DNA of 64,000 bases from Nemertoderma westbladi. Taxonomy: Eukaryota; Animalia; Xenacoelomorpha. The notes beneath the pieces are model-generated. The model searched no databases. It was not told the origin of the DNA and was given only the letters and a program-made list of their open reading frames with translations. The position numbers and the translations under genes were made by a program. Below are positions 62,470 through 64,000 of the stretch, one piece after another. The stretch's first letter is position 1, and every line of letters begins with the position of its first letter. The stretch covers positions 91,790 to 155,789 of the forward strand of contig JAUCBJ010006895.1 in NCBI GenBank assembly GCA_032718475.1, given 5' to 3'.

Positions 62470-63110
62470 CTCATAGGGCGTTTAAGTGTGGAAGTCTTGT
62501 AACTGTTCTTAGTTCAGTTCCAGTGCTTTCTTGTATTTTTTTTATATGATACGGAGAGCATAATTTTGTATTTAATTGTGGTAGGGCATTACGAGTGTTT
62601 TATACAGCATTAGTTTCGTTAATAGAGGTAGTTGTCCTTTTATCTGTCTTAGTAATGATATTGTCATAGACATTTATTGCTGGGTTGTATGTAGCTGTTC
62701 CTTTCATGATATTTTATTATGGAGGAATTCTCGCGCTATCGTCACCGGCGTGGTAATCATATTCTTGATACAACATACAATTGTAGCAACTTTTGTTTGA
62801 TGTTAGTCTGGGTCTCACTTGTAATAACTTTTGTTATTCATTTCATTAGTCATCTGTGGTCAACCCGCTCTACCCCAAACTGTATCGATTTTTATTATCT
62901 ATAATAACCCCCAGATATTTAATTTCTGTTGATTGGTCAATTATTTTATTGTTTAAGATTAAATTTAGGCTATTTATCTCAGGTGTTCGTGGTTTTGGGC
63001 TTCGTAGTAACAGTACTGTTTTAGTCTGTGTTATTGATTTGAATAGCTGTTCTATTATTTGTTTGTGCAGTTTATCTACAGCTAGAGGTTTGGGTTCTCT
63101 GGACGCCAGA
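62470..63110 (-). mobile_element. Decayed LINE RT C-terminal fragment
   Basis: Minus-strand translation EIKYLGVIIDNK near 62900-62935. Many stops. Confidence 0.4.
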
Positions 63111-63139
63111 AGAAATTATTACAGTTATCCGATCACTGT

Positions 63140-63418
63140 ACGATGGTTCCACCACATTAGTGTCTCCTGCTGATGGTGGCGACACAGATCCATTCGAAGT
63201 CTTATGGGGAGTCCTTCACGGTGACACACTTGCACTCTTTTTATTCGTAATTGTGATTGACTGACTATGTTATACGCATGTCCTTAGATCATCATAATGA
63301 TTATGGGTGATGATAACTCCACCTACTGTACTGCCACAAATAAATAAATCCATTAAATTACCTTACTGATCTAGAATTTGCTGATGACTTAGGGGTACCT
63401 GTACTGTCAGAATCACTC
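63140..63418 (+). mobile_element. Older, degenerate RTE RT fragment
   Basis: Similar to 60400-60660 (PFEVLWGVLHGDTLA, DLEFADDL). Confidence 0.8.
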
Positions 63419-64000
63419 GGAAACATATTAAGTTAGGGGGGGGGGGGGGGGGGGGGGGGGAGGGGTTGCGATCTTTCTTTGTCAGGTGATCAAAGTAGTA
63501 TTGTACTTAATTATACTTAATATATATGTAATATATATAATGCAGCTGCAATGCAGGACTCCGATAGCAGTAGTAGTATTTCCTAGACGAGCGTCAAGGT
63601 TAGAGTAACTCACCACACCCATTGATTCTCTATCAAATTGAAATCCACATAAAAGACTATTAAGAACAGCACTAATGTTGTACCATGATTGTTGGTGACA
63701 GGTGATGAATATATATCCTGGGTGTTATATCCTGGGTTATCTTACAGTAGGGGAAACTTCCGTTAAGATTATTGGTTCCCATGACCTGAGTCATATTCGT
63801 GGAACATAGTCACGGATTTCAATGAATTATCATCGATTTCTACGTACACACACCCCCTTCTTGTATAAAGATGACAAACATTACATTACAGAGATATTTG
63901 CGATAGATAATATCTCCCTTGGAACACACAGCCCATTAATTAGTGAACTAAATGGAAACACCCATATTTGTAGAAGTAAAGTTCAGTTGTTACCAAACCA

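Overview
AT-rich animal (probably invertebrate) genomic DNA that is almost entirely repetitive. It holds an 8.4-kb 50/62-bp satellite, three BEL/Pao LTR retrotransposons with intact LTR pairs and 5-bp TSDs (13459-28445, 35890-48102, 49430-55892), a Ty3/Gypsy 3' fragment, several LINE fragments (RTE and others), TIR/MITE-like elements, a local duplication and an isolated GLIS/GLI-type zinc-finger exon. Main observation: none of the three BEL/Pao elements has a tRNA-type PBS (TGG...). In each, the 9-13 nt directly after the 5' LTR are the exact reverse complement of a site inside the element's own LTR, and the pair co-varies between elements. This is the geometry of Tf1-style self-primed reverse transcription, which I know only from Ty3/Gypsy (Tf1/sushi) elements. 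The two related elements also carry complementary in-frame deletions (one lacks protease, the other lacks RT/RNase H/integrase), an accessory zinc-knuckle ORF at the env position, and an internal hairpin plus PPT-like motif. All alignments and counts were done by eye.
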